The position numbers and the translations under genes are program-made. Source: Macrostomum hystrix (taxonomy: Eukaryota > Animalia > Platyhelminthes). Taken from it: a stretch of 64,000 bases of DNA. Below, in pieces: positions 37,093 through 48,855 of this stretch (positions are counted from its first letter, which is position 1; each line of letters opens with the position of its first letter). The DNA lies in contig CATNEN010000008.1 of NCBI GenBank assembly GCA_950097015.1, positions 4,340,001 through 4,404,000 on the forward strand. The letters are read 5' to 3'. The notes under the pieces are model-generated. The model was not told the origin of the DNA. It saw nothing but the letters and a program-made list of their open reading frames with translations, and did not search any database.

Positions 37093-39852
37093 GTGATTGG
37101 TGCTGCTGCATCTGCCTTTTTGTCTTGAAGTCATGGGATGATCATTGAACTTAAACATAAGATAATCTTGTGTGCCATTGTGAGCAACAGCATTAAAAAT
37201 ATCATTGAATGTCTCGCCCAATTCAGGAGCAGGAGGTCATCGCTAAGGCCAAGCGCAATCTTCAGCAGAAGGTTGACGAACAATTCGAACAGCTGTGCGT
37301 CCTGCAGGAGGCTCGCCAGCAGATCCTGGCCGACCTGCAGAACAAGAACATCGCCCTGGGCATCGACATCGACCAGTACAACCTTAACGAGCAGAGTCCG
37401 AACATCTCCTACAAGCCGAACCCGACCCGGGTGCCCAAGGGCAGCACCACACCGCAGCAGTGGGAGGACTTCAGCCGCTACAATGTGGACCGGGCCAGGG
37501 CCGAGATCGCCTCTAGCGGCCGCCTGCGCGAGGCCGCTCACCGGACCATCCACGACACCGACAACGATCTGGAGTCTCAGCGGCAGGCCAGCGACTACGC
37601 CCTAAGGAAGCGGCTTCACGAGCAGGAGCAGGTGCGGAATTTATCCCCTGTGCTAACTTGCTAAATCCCAAACAAGACGTCACACTCTTCAGAACCAGCG
37701 ATGATTATTGCACACCTTCAACTAAAAAACTGCCTTCGAGCGGGAACTAAGTGTCTTGCTCAATGACAAACATTGTTTGTTGAGGGCTGAGATTTGAACT
37801 CCCGACATCCGGTCAGAAGTCGAAAACTCCAACCACTGGGCTACAAGTTTTCCTTTGGCTGAGGGGGGTCGGTGGCAGAGCGGTTAACGCGTTTGCCTCT
37901 CGCACCAAGGTCCCTGAGCTCGATTCCGCGGCGAGGCCACATTCATTTCGGGCGCAGCCGCGGAGAGAAGGCTTGGGGGCTTGTCGTGCAATTGACACCC
38001 TTGAGGGAGAACCTCCAAGGCACAGTGAGAGTGTACAGTGTCTGATGATGAGAAAGTCAGAGCAGATGTACACACCTGTGTGAGCGTGTGCCTTTGTACA
38101 GTATCTATGTGGGTGCGTTCAGGAGTCAGCGAAATGGGCCGAATTGTCTCCTCGCTGGCTGCAGGTTTGCTGTCATCAAATGAAGAGCCATTGTCCAACA
38201 GCCCTATCGCAAATTATCATTGCTCTTATCCCTTTGGCTATATTAATTTTTTTAAGATTTATCCTATCCTTCAGATATCCCACAATTCAAATTCCACACT
38301 AGATATCCCAAAAACTTCTCACAATCTCCCGCAGGCCAAGGACGAGCTGGAGTGGCAGAAGAAGCAGACCGAGGACGAGATCGCCGAGCTGGAGCGGGAC
38401 ATCCGCGCCCTGGAGGAGGCCATTCGGGCCAAGATCCCGCCGGCTAAACTAGCCGAGACCCGCCTGGAGAACCGGACCACCAGGCCGGGCGTGGAGCTGT
38501 GCCGTGACGCGGTGCAGTACGGCCTGACGGATGAGGTGCAGCAGATCAAGGCCAGCAAGGACGCGCTGTACGACAAGCTCAAGCAGGCTAGGTGAGTTGC
38601 TTATCAAACGTCTCTACATTTCCCTTTTTCTACTGCCTAATTTTATCCCTTCCCCAATTTCTCCCCTTCCCCATTTCTCCCATTCCACATTTCCTCTTTG
38701 CTTCTCCCCTTTCGTATTTCTAACTCATCCTTCTTCTCGCTTTCCCTAATTCTCTACCTCACGAATTCCCCCTTCAAGTCGAGCTATACTACTTAATGAG
38801 TAGACTAATAAGCTTCTCAGTGCGTATTAATCTATCACCCACCTGTCATCTGTGCCATTATTAAGCAAAAAATCCTCTTGAAGTATGAACAGCATGAGGG
38901 GATTTTCCAATTCCCTCGAGGTGAGCTGTGCCAGGGCAGGCGATGAGGACACTGCTGGAGATGAGCAATGAGCAAATTACTTCAAGGCCCATGCTTAGGC
39001 AATTGCTTTGAGAGGCGAGAGACGGAGATAAAAATGTCAATTGGCTCAAAGGGCACAGGGGCTCCTCGCAACCAGCTAGGACTGGCAATTCCTTTGCTCA
39101 GCCAAGCTGACAGTCAGCCAGGCTTTAGATGCCAAAAGCGATGATTGAAGTGACAGCTTTGTACGAAAATTCACCTATTTTTTTGTTCGGCTTAAAACAA
39201 TCCAGATTGCAGCTTTTAGCTAAATGCTCTTTGCAGGTTGTTGAATTCTTAAAGTCGTCGGATCTACAGGTAGAATTATTCAAATCTTCCGCATCAAAGT
39301 CCCAAATCTTGGCAAATCTTGGAAAATCTGAATTCTTTTTTTTCAACTCTTTGGTTTGTAAAGAACGAGCACAGAGAAAAAAACACAGAAAATCGTCGGA
39401 ATTCTCAATGAAAATTTTTAATAAGTCTATAGCCCTAACCTCATACGATATCCCACGGATTTCGTCACATCCCATCCAAAATCCCATATAAAATTCCATC
39501 CGAAATCCCACCCGAAACTCATCAGAAAATCCATCCGAAATTCCATCTGAAATCGCATCCGAAATCCCATAGAAATCCCATGTGATATCGCATCTGAAAT
39601 CCCATCCGAAATCCCATCCGAAATCCTACCTGAAACCCCATCCAAAATCCCACCCGCAGGCACAACCTCGACAGCCTGCAGAAGCAGCTGGACCGCATCA
39701 ACGCGGACCTGGCCGAGAAGACCAACTCAATCATGCTGGACCGTCGCACTGCCGACATTCGAAACCGCCTAGCAACCAGGCCGATTACCCAGACTGATGG
39801 CAACCTGCTCAAAACTGGCATCACCAGGGAGCGCAGCAAGGTTCTGGCTTAA
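36679..39852 (+). CDS. TEKT2: Tektin-2 / tektin-B1 (ciliary microtubule filament protein), 4 exons, 1269 nt, 422 aa
   Basis: join(36679-37092, 37227-37631, 38335-38591, 39660-39852). GT-AG introns, phases 0/0/2. Tektin signature RPGVELCRD at 38482-38508. The N-terminus DWFTNAY...QVRQEARFLRNETDN resembles TEKT2 as recalled. Confidence 0.93.
37227..37631 (+). CDS. TEKT2: Tektin-2 exon 2
   Basis: Acceptor ATTCAG, donor CAG|GTGCGG. Contains SPNISYKPNPTRVPKGSTTPQQW. Confidence 0.93.
37740..37847 (-). mobile_element. tRNA-derived SINE fragment, family B (tRNA-Arg(TCT)-like head plus CORE-like segment)
   Basis: The minus strand reads TAGCCCAGTGGTTGG (A box)...GACTTCTGA...GGGAGTTCAAATCTC (B box)...GTCATTGAGCAAGACACTTAG. 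The last part resembles the CORE-SINE motif CCTTGGGCAAGTCACTTAAC. Only one copy is present in the window. Confidence 0.65.
37863..38190 (+). mobile_element. tRNA-derived SINE, family A (tRNA-Val-like head), copy 1, in tektin intron 2
   Basis: A box TGGCAGAGCGG (37873-37883), B-box-like GAGCTCGATTCC (37916-37927). About 12 differences from the copy at 51778 over the first about 155 nt, and homology continues beyond that. Confidence 0.85.
38335..38591 (+). CDS. TEKT2: Tektin-2 exon 3
   Basis: Acceptor CCCGCAG, donor GTGAGT. Contains RPGVELCRD. Confidence 0.94.
39430..39655. repeat. 12-bp degenerate repeat ATCCCATCCGAA preceding the tektin exon 4 acceptor
   Basis: Imperfect tandem periodicity. 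Confidence 0.8.
39660..39852 (+). CDS. TEKT2: Tektin-2 exon 4, terminal
   Basis: Acceptor CCCGCAG. Reads HNLDSLQKQLDRINADLAEKTNSIMLD...KVLA*. AATAAA at 39852-39857. Confidence 0.92.
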
Positions 39853-40796
39853 ATAAAAAATGCTAAAGTACTGGAAAATCAACACTGGAAAACTGCTGTC
39901 GTAAATTTCTTAGCTCTGGCACGAGAAAATCTTTTTTCATTTCCTTTACTGTTTCAGTTTTTGTTAATTCGCGCGATAATTTAATTGAAAAAAAGACGAA
40001 GAGGAAATTAAATTGGGAAAATAAAATCATGTTTTTAAATCGGCGCCAATAGTATATTGTTTTAATGTGGTTAAAAAGTAAATGGGTTTTTGGCGCTATT
40101 TTAAATTTCACTTAATTCCTCCAGTTTTACCCTGGCCTTGTGTTTCCTCCTTTTCCTTCTGTTTTTCTCCACCTGAAATTCTGAAACGCACGCTGCGTGC
40201 ATGCATGGAGATGTGTCTGCTAGCTTTTTATAGCGCTGTTTCGATAATCAAACCCGTACGAATGGCGCAGTTCACGGGTTTGCTTCGTGAAAAATAACAC
40301 CGGAAAAAGTAGACGCTTTAAAAACGGAAAATTCAATGAATAATAAAGCACATTACTAAAGATGCATAAAAGTAAATCTTTGTTTTATCTATTTTTCTTC
40401 AATTTTAATAAACAAGCTCGTGCTTCTAATATAGGAAACTTTGCCTTTGCTCTTCTTTGAACCATCCGGAATGTTACTAGTATGTTAAAAGGTATGCTTT
40501 TCGTGACAAGTCCTTGTAATTGCTGCTTAGAAGGTAATGCTGCTTTAGTTTGACCTTTCAAGGAATTACTTTTATATAACGCCTATCAATCTTAAGTTAA
40601 TAGAGACTCTTACTTGTCGGAAACTCGAAAGGAACACAGAGTTGTTGTTGAAATGAAAGAAGAGATACTTAAAATAAAAAAATATTGTCAAGAATTGAGT
40701 TGCTGAATATTTTTCACGCGAGAAAAACCGTGAGCTAAATGTCTTTCTTAGTTTACTTTTGTTTACTAATTACTACTTTGTATACTATAAAAAATA

Positions 40797-40966
40797 CAAC
40801 AACAACAACTACTACTACTACTACTACTACGAGCGTACTACTACTACTACTGCTACTAATGCCAATACTACTACTACTACTACTATTACTACTACTACTG
40901 CTACTAATGCCAATACTACTACTACTACTACTACTATTAATGCTACTACTACTACTACTACTAATG

Positions 40967-41005
<39 letters not shown>

Positions 41006-41050
41006 CTACTACTACTCCTACTACTCCTACTACTCCTATTACTACTACTA

Positions 41051-41095
<45 letters not shown>

Positions 41096-41116
41096 ATGCT
41101 ACTACTACTACTAATG

Positions 41117-41155
<39 letters not shown>

Positions 41156-41200
41156 CTACTACTACTCCTACTACTCCTACTACTCCTACTACTACTACTA

Positions 41201-41232
<32 letters not shown>

Positions 41233-41295
41233 GCTACTACTACTAATGCTACTAATACTACTAATGCTACTAATGCTACTACTACTACTACTACT

Positions 41296-41371
<76 letters not shown>
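40797..41371. repeat. (ACT)n trinucleotide microsatellite with AAT/GCT/CCT variants
   Basis: Direct periodicity. Confidence 0.97.
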
Positions 41372-42184
41372 GTTCAGATCAGCCATGCTAACTCGAAAGC
41401 TATTACCAAATAGAATTCTACCAGGCTAGAATTTTTTTCTCTCAGTGACTTAAACTCTTAGGCCGGAAGTCGTGACAAGAATGCTATATTTTCGCAATCT
41501 AAATTATTTATTTTTCCTTATTTTGCTACATAAAATCACGTTCAAGAAACTAAGTGATTGCTTTGCTCAATTTCGATCAAATACTGATTGATTGATGGCA
41601 ATTTTTACTGCAATTTTATTTTGAAGTGAGTGAAAAGCATGAAGAATTGCCACTGCTACAAGTACATTAAAAACTATTTTCCCTTTTTAATTCCACTCAC
41701 GGGCCATCTAATCATTCCACTATTCTGGTCATTCGATGACACTTTTTTCAGTCTGATCATTCTTTGACTCCTCACTATCCTATCTCGCAACCCAAACTGG
41801 TGTTGCTAAGTGCAACTACAATAATCAAGAAGCCAGACAATACCCAGTTAAAAATAGGCTTGCATGAAAGATATTTTTTACGGGCGAACTCAGCCCAGCC
41901 TACGGAGTGTCCGCTTTCATCAATCCATAGGTAGGCGGGGGGAGGGAGAGACTGATACTGAGCTCAGATTCTTCTCGATGTAGCAATCAAAAAATGTTCA
42001 CTTTTTCATGGTTAAAAATAAGCCGAGCTCTTTTAACAAACCGACCACCTCAATTCAGACTGCGACCCGCTCCATCTTTACACACTGCGTGCTGATTAGA
42101 ATTGCAGTCAGTATATGATGATGCACGCTGAGTATTACTATAGCACTTTTCTATATCTAATTTTGCATTCATTATCTACTATTG

Positions 42185-43000
42185 CTCTCTCCCCTTCCTC
42201 TCTCCCCTTCCTCTCTCCCCTATCATCTCCCCCCTTTCTCCCCTTCCTCTCTCCCCTATCATCTCCCCCCTTTCTCCCCTTCCTCTCTCCCCTATCATCT
42301 CCCCCCTTTCTCCCCTTCCTCTCTCCCCTTCCTCTCTCCCCTTCCTCTCTCCCCTTCCTCTCTCCCCTATCATCTCCCCCCTTTCTCCCCTTCCTCTCTC
42401 CCCTTCCTCTCTCCCCTTCCTCTCTCCCCTTCCTCTCTCCCCTATCATCTCCCCCCTTTCTCCCCTTCCTCTCTCCCCTTCCTCTCTCCCCTATCATCTC
42501 CCCCCTTTCTCCCCTTCCTCTCTCCCCTTCCTCTCTCCCCTTCCTCTCTCCCCTATCATCTCCCCCCTTTCTCCCCTTCCTCTCTCCCCTTCCTCTCTCC
42601 CCTTCCTCTCTCCCCTTCCTCTCTCCCCCTCCTCTCTCCCCTTCCTCTCTCCCCTTCCTCTCTCCCCTTCCTCTCTCCCCTTCCTCTCTCCCCTTCCTCT
42701 CTCCCCTCTCATCTCTCCCCTTCCTCCCCTTCCTCTCTCCCCTTCCTCTCTCCCCTCTCATCTCTCCCCTTCCTCTCTCCCCTCTTATCTCTCCCCTTTC
42801 TTTCTCCCCTTCCTTTCTCTTCCTCCTCTCTTCCCTTTCTCTCTCCCCTTCCTGTCTCTTCCTCCTATGTCCCCTTCCTCTCTCTCCTCTCATCTCTCCC
42901 CTTCCTCTCTCCCCTTCCTCTCCCTCGCTCCTCTTCTCCGTTCCCCTCTCCCCTTGCCCTCCTCCGTTTCTCTCCCCTTCCTCTACCACCTTCCTTTCCC
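42185..43000. repeat. CT-rich repeat (CCCCTTCCTCTCT-type)
   Basis: Pyrimidine-rich tandem units. Confidence 0.93.
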
Positions 43001-43558
43001 TCGTTCCGCTATCTCTTTCCAGTTTTCCTTTATCTCTTCCCTTCTCCGCAAAACTGCCTCTTTAATCGTGTCCCCTTCCCCTCCCCTTAATCTCTCTACT
43101 AACTCATCCTCTCATTGTCTTCATCTCACTATTCTCAGTCTCTCATTCCTCTCGCCCATCCCTCTAGCCGGATCCAAGAGAGGAATCCAGGCACCAGTGG
43201 GGCAGCTCCGAGTTGCCACCTTCAGAGCTGATTAACTTGGGCCCTCGAAACAGACGTTGCCTCCTCTGCCAGGAAAAAGAAACACGATTTTTCTGTCGTT
43301 GCAGCTCATCCCAGTTTTTTTCGCTTCGTCTTCCAATGTACTTTCAGGGCTAGAGATTTTTATTGCAAGAAAACTAGCGGCTCTAGAAAATGTAGCATAT
43401 TTAACTTAAAATTCAATTAGGATTACCAATTTATTAGGACAAATATTTAACAGCCTAGATTTAATGTTTATTGCCTTCAAGCAATATTTTTGTTTAATGC
43501 AAGAATAAAAATGTACCGTTTAAGCGAATATTAACCAACTGGCGAATGACAGATGTAG

Positions 43559-43900
43559 GACAGAATGACAGTGTCAGGACAGAGTGACAGTGTCAGGACA
43601 GAGTGACAGTGTCAGGACAGAGTGACAGTGTCAGGACAGAGTGACAGTGTCAGGACAGAGTGACAGTGTCAGGACAGAGTGACAGTGTCAGGACAGAGTG
43701 ACAGTGTCAGGACAGAGTGACAGTGTCAGGACAGAGTGACAGTGTCAGGACAGAGTGACAGTGTCAGGACAGAGTGACAGTGTCAGGACAGAGTGACAGT
43801 GTCAGGACAGAGTGACAGTGTCAGGACAGAGTGACAGTGTCAGGACAGAGTGACAGTGTCAGGACAGAGTGACAGTGTCAGGACAGAGTGACAGTGTCAG
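43559..43900. repeat. 19-bp minisatellite GACAGAGTGACAGTGTCAG, 18 near-perfect copies
   Basis: 342 nt = 18 x 19. Confidence 0.97.
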
Positions 43901-44424
43901 GTGTAAGGTCATATTTGCAATGCAGAACATATCGGATTGGATTAGTGTTGTCTGGGGGTGGGTTGTCCAATCAACCAATCAACAGTCGACCTGTCCGAAA
44001 GGCTTGGCGGAGAGTGTAAAAAGGAGAAATTCTCCCTCTAAGACAATATAGGTAGGGAAATTAGCCTGCAGAAGCAGACGCAGGTCTTTGTCACAGCCAA
44101 TTTACCCAACAATAGAGTTTTGATTAAGAATTAGGAAAAATCATTAATCCGCTTACGGAGAATTCAGAATTTCTGGCTAATCTCAACGATTAGCATTGTG
44201 GTGAGTTTAGCTGCTGTATTTTGCATCTAGTGTCACCTCTATTAGGCTGTGTTTGTAGCAGATTGTAGCTCGAATAATAGTACGAGCTATATACACTTCC
44301 AATGTTGCACTTTTTGCAATAAAACGAAACAAAAATTTTTTTCCAGTGTCAATGATAAGCTTTCCTGTTCCCATTTTAAGACATTGGACTCGGAACCAGG
44401 CTTATCACAAATGCATTTATAACC

Positions 44425-44850
44425 ATCCTGTCAGTCTACTCTACCATACTCTCAGTAGATTAGCCTCTACTCTACCATCCTGTCAGTAGATTAGCCTCTA
44501 CTCTACCATCCTGTCAGTAGATTAGCCTCTACTCTACCATCCTGTCAGTAGATTAGCCTCTACTCTACCCACCTATCAGTAGATTAGCCTCTACTCTACC
44601 ATCCTGTCAGTAGATTAGCCTCTACTCTACCCACCTGTCAGTAGATTAGCCTCTACTCTACCCACCTATCAGTAGATTAGCCTCTACTCTACCATCCTGT
44701 CAGTAGATTAGCCTCTACTCTACCCACCTGTCAGTAGATTAGCCTCTACTCTACCCACCTATCAGTAGATTAGCCTCTACTCTACCATCCTGTCAGTAGA
44801 TTAGCCTCTACTCTACCATCCTGTCAGTAGATTAGCCTCTACTCTACCTT
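44425..44850. repeat. 31-bp minisatellite AGTAGATTAGCCTCTACTCTACCATCCTGTC, about 13 copies
   Basis: Direct tandem periodicity. Confidence 0.95.
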
Positions 44851-45384
44851 TTCTCTACCTTCTCTCCCTTCTACTTAATAATTATACTCTACCTTCTGTG
44901 GGTGTCACGCTGTCATTTGATATTTTTCAGCAAATATTTAAAGGAAGTTAATGCAGCACTGCACACAGTTACTCACTCCAAGCAATGTCATAAAAAGCAA
45001 AAGGTCGATGAAAAGCAAATAAAAAGTCACACTATGCCAGAGTTGAAACAGTGTCTGCTGACGCTGAAATGTACTTTAATTGACGCGGGAAAAGATAGGA
45101 GTAAATGGGACGGATATTTCTTGGGCGAAGGGTCGATATTGCTGATGGGCCTGCATGATGAGGTCTTTGGTTAGCTAAACCATGTGTTTGGTTAGGCTGC
45201 GAAGATTAACTCGGAATTAGCTGGAAACCTGATAGAATGGTTAAATGGAGAATTGGGTTTCGATTGTTGGTCCAGAAGTAAGTGAGAAGATAAATAGAAG
45301 CAGAGAATGAGGGGTGAGAGCAGATAAGAAATAAGAAACAAGAGAATGTAGAGAAGTCAGATCATGAGAGGGCGAGAAGAGGGG

Positions 45385-48300
45385 GAAGAGAAGGGGAGAA
45401 GAGAGGTAGAAGGGAAAGAAGAGGGATAGAAAGGAGAGAAGAGAGGTAGTAGGGAGAGAAGAGAGGTAGAATGGAGAGATGTAAAAGGGAGAGAAGAGAG
45501 GTAGAAGGGAGAGAAGGGAGAGAAGAGAGGTAGAAGGGAGAGAAGGGAGAGAAGAGAGGTAGAAGGGGGAGAAGGGAGAGAAGAGAGGTAGAAGGGAGAG
45601 AAGGGAGAGAAGAGAGGTAGAAGGGAGAGAAGGGAGAGAAGAGAGGTAGAAGGGAGAGAAGAGTCGTAGAAGGGAGAGAAGAGAGGTAGAAGGGAGAGAA
45701 GGGAGAGAAGAGAGGTAGAAGGGAGAGAAGAGTGGTAGAAGGGAGAGAAGAGAGGTAGAAGGCAGAGAAGAGAGGTAGAAGGGAGAGAAGAGAGGTAGAA
45801 GGCAGAGAAGAGAGGTAGAAGGGAGAGAAGAGAGGTAGAAGGCAGAGAAGAGAGGTAGAAGGCAGAGAAGAGAGGTAGAAGGGAGAGAAGAGAGGTAGAA
45901 GGCAGAGAAGACAGGTAGAAGGGAGAGAAGAGAGGTAGAAGGGAGAGAAGAGAGATAGAAGGGAGAGAAGGCAGAGAAGAGAGGGAAGAGAGGTAGAAGG
46001 AAGAGAAGGGAGAGAAGAGAGGTAGAAGGGAGAGAAGGGAGAGAAGAGAGTTAGAAGGGAGAGAAGGGAGAGAAGAGAGTTAGAAGGGAGAGAAGAAAGT
46101 TAGAAGGGAGAGAAGGGAGAGAAGAGAGTTAGAAGGGAGAGAAGGGAGAGAAGAGAGTTAGAAGGGAGAGAAGAAAGTTAGAAGGGAGAGAAGGGAGAGA
46201 AGAGAGTTAGAAGGGAGAGAAGGGAGAGAAGAGAGTTAGAAGGGAGAGAAGAGAGGTAGAAGGGAGAGAAGAGAGATAGAAGGGAGAGAAGGCAGAGAAG
46301 AGAGGGAAGAGAGGTAGAAGGGAGAGAAGGGAGAGAAGAGAGTTAGAAGGGAGAGAAGGGAGAGAAGAGAGGTAGAAGGGAGAGAAGGGAGAGAAGAAAG
46401 TTAGAAGGGAGAGAAGAAAGTTAGAAGGGAGAGAAGGGAGAGAAGAGAGTTAGAAGGGAGAGAAGGGAGAGAAGAGAGTTAGAAGGGAGAGAAGAGAGGT
46501 AGAAGGGAGAGAAGAGAGGTAGAAGGGAGAGAAGGGAGAGAAGAGTGGTAGAAGGGAGAGAAGAAAGTTAGAAGGGAGAGAAGGGAGAGAAGAGAGTTAG
46601 AAGGGAGAGAAGGGAGAGAAGAGAGTTAGAAGGGAGAGAAGAGAGGTATAAGGGAGAGAAGAGAGGTAGAAGGGAGAGAAGGGAGAGAAGAGAGTTAGAA
46701 GGGAGAGAAGGGAGAGAAGAGAGTTAGAAGGGAGAGAAGGGAGAGAAGAGAGGTATAAGGGAGAGAAGAGAGGTAGAAGGGAGAGAAGGGAGAGAAGAGA
46801 GTTAGAAGGGAGAGAAGGGAGAGAAGAGAGTTAGAACGGAGAGAAGAGAGGTAGAAGGGAGAGAAGAGAGATAGAAGGGAGAGAAGGCAGAGAAGAGAGG
46901 GAAGAGAGGTAGAAGGGAGAGAAGGGAGAGAAGAGAGTTAGAAGGGAGAGAAGGGAGAGAAGAGAGGTAGAAGGGAGAGAAGGGAGAGAAGAAAGTTAGA
47001 AGGGAGAGAAGAAAGTTAGAAGGGAGAGAAGGGAGAGAAGAGAGTTAGAAGGGAGAGAAGGGAGAGAAGAGAGTTAGAAGGGAGAGAAGAGAGGTAGAAG
47101 GGAGAGAAGAGAGGTAGAAGGGAGAGAAGAGAGGTAGAAGGGAGAGAAGGGAGAGAAGAGTGGTAGAAGGGAGAGAAGAAAGTTAGAAGGGAGAGAAGGG
47201 AGAGAAGAGAGTTAGAAGGGAGAGAAGGGAGAGAAGAGAGTTAGAAGGGAGAGAAGAGAGGTATAAGGGAGAGAAGAGAGGTAGAAGGGAGAGAAGGGAG
47301 AGAAGAGAGTTAGAAGGGAGAGAAGGGAGAGAAGAGAGGTAGAAGGCAGAGAAGACAGGTAGAAGGGAGAGAAGAGAGGTAGAAGGGAGAGAAGAGAGAT
47401 AGAAGGGAGAGAAGGCAGAGAAGAGAGGGAAGAGAGGTAGAAGGAAGAGAAGGGAGAGAAGAGAGGTAGAAGGGAGAGAAGGGAGAGAAGAGAGTTAGAA
47501 GGGAGAGAAGGGAGAGAAGAGAGTTAGAAGGGAGAGAAGAAAGTTAGAAGGGAGAGAAGGGAGAGAAGAGAGTTAGAAGGGAGAGAAGGGAGAGAAGAGA
47601 GTTAGAAGGGAGAGAAGAGAGGTAGAAGGGAGAGAAGAGAGATAGAAGGGAGAGAAGGCAGAGAAGAGAGGGAAGAGAGGTAGAAGGGAGAGAAGGGAGA
47701 GAAGAGAGTTAGAAGGGAGAGAAGGGAGAGAAGAGAGGTAGAAGGGAGAGAAGGGAGAGAAGAAAGTTAGAAGGGAGAGAAGAAAGTTAGAAGGGAGAGA
47801 AGGGAGAGAAGAGAGTTAGAAGGGAGAGAAGGGAGAGAAGAGAGTTAGAAGGGAGAGAAGAGAGGTAGAAGGGAGAGAAGAGAGGTAGAAGGGAGAGAAG
47901 GGAGAGAAGAGTGGTAGAAGGGAGAGAAGAAAGTTAGAAGGGAGAGAAGGGAGAGAAGAGAGTTAGAAGGGAGAGAAGGGAGAGAAGAGAGTTAGAAGGG
48001 AGAGAAGAGAGGTATAAGGGAGAGAAGAGAGGTAGAAGGGAGAGAAGGGAGAGAAGAGAGTTAGAAGGGAGAGAAGGGAGAGAAGAGAGTTAGAAGGGAG
48101 AGAAGGGAGAGAAGAGAGGTATAAGGGAGAGAAGAGAGGTAGAAGGGAGAGAAGGGAGAGAAGAGAGTTAGAAGGGAGAGAAGGGAGAGAAGAGAGTTAG
48201 AACGGAGAGAAGGGAGAGAAGAGAGGTATAAGGGAGAGAAGAGAGGTAGAAGGGAGAGAAGGGAGAGAAGAGAGTTAGAAGGGAGAGAAGGGAGAGAAGA

Positions 48301-48855
48301 GTGGTAGAAGGGAGAGAAGGGAGAGAAGAAAGTTAGAAGGGAGAGAAGGGAGAGAAGAGAGTTAGAAGGGAGAGAAGGGAGAGAAGAGAGTTAGAAGGGA
48401 GAGAAGAGAGGTATAAGGGAGAGAAGAGAGTTAGAAGGGAGAGAAGAGAGTTAGAACGGAGAGAAGGGAGAGAAGAGAGGTAGAAGGGAGAGAAGAGAGT
48501 TAGAACGGAGAGAAGGGAGAGAAGAGAGGTATAAGGGAGAGAAGAGAGTTAGAAGGGAGAGAAGGGAGAGAAGAGAGTTAGAAGGGAGAGAAGGGAGAGA
48601 AGAGAGTTAGAAGGGAGAGAAGGGAGAGAAGAGAGTTAGAAGGGAGAGAAGAGAGGTAGAAGGGAGAGAAGAGAGGTAGAAGGGAGAGAAGAGAGGTAGA
48701 AGGGAGAGAAGGGAGAGAAGAGAGTTAGAAGGGAGAGAAGGGAGAGAAGAGGCAGAAGGGAGAGAAGAGAGGTAGAAGGGAGAGAAGAGAGGTAGAAGGG
48801 AGAGAAGGGAGAGAAGAGAGTTAGAAGGGAGAGAAGGGAGAGAAGAGGCAGAAGG
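45385..48855. repeat. About 3.5-kb purine-rich satellite (AGAAGGGAGAGAAGAGAG(G/T)T-type) with repeated sub-blocks
   Basis: Almost pure A/G on the plus strand. Confidence 0.97.

Noticed and set aside
37863-37940. Genuine tRNA genes at 37863, 51778 and 37790-37847 (minus)
   Set aside because: The acceptor and anticodon stems do not close properly. The anticodon differs between the two plus-strand copies (CTC vs CAC), and their shared homology extends about 200 nt past the tRNA part, which is typical of SINE heads.
38042-38058. Hammerhead ribozyme core (CTGATGA/CTGACGA...GAAA) in the SINE body
   Set aside because: Only 3 nt lie between CTGANGA and GAAA (no stem II), stem III is absent, and stem I pairing fails in copy 2. 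A simple CTGA/TCAG hairpin explains the conservation better.
40739-41413. Poly-Leu, poly-Thr or poly-Val proteins
   Set aside because: These are translations of an (ACT)n microsatellite.
41802-41816. X-box-like GTTGCTAAGTGCAAC
   Set aside because: The spacing and the second half-site deviate from consensus, and no gene start is identified nearby.
44425-44850. CRISPR array (palindromic repeat with TCTACT/AGTAGA resembling a Cas12a stem)
   Set aside because: Units are directly adjacent with no unique spacers, there are no cas genes, and the context is eukaryotic and spliced. The same applies to the other 30-41-bp arrays.
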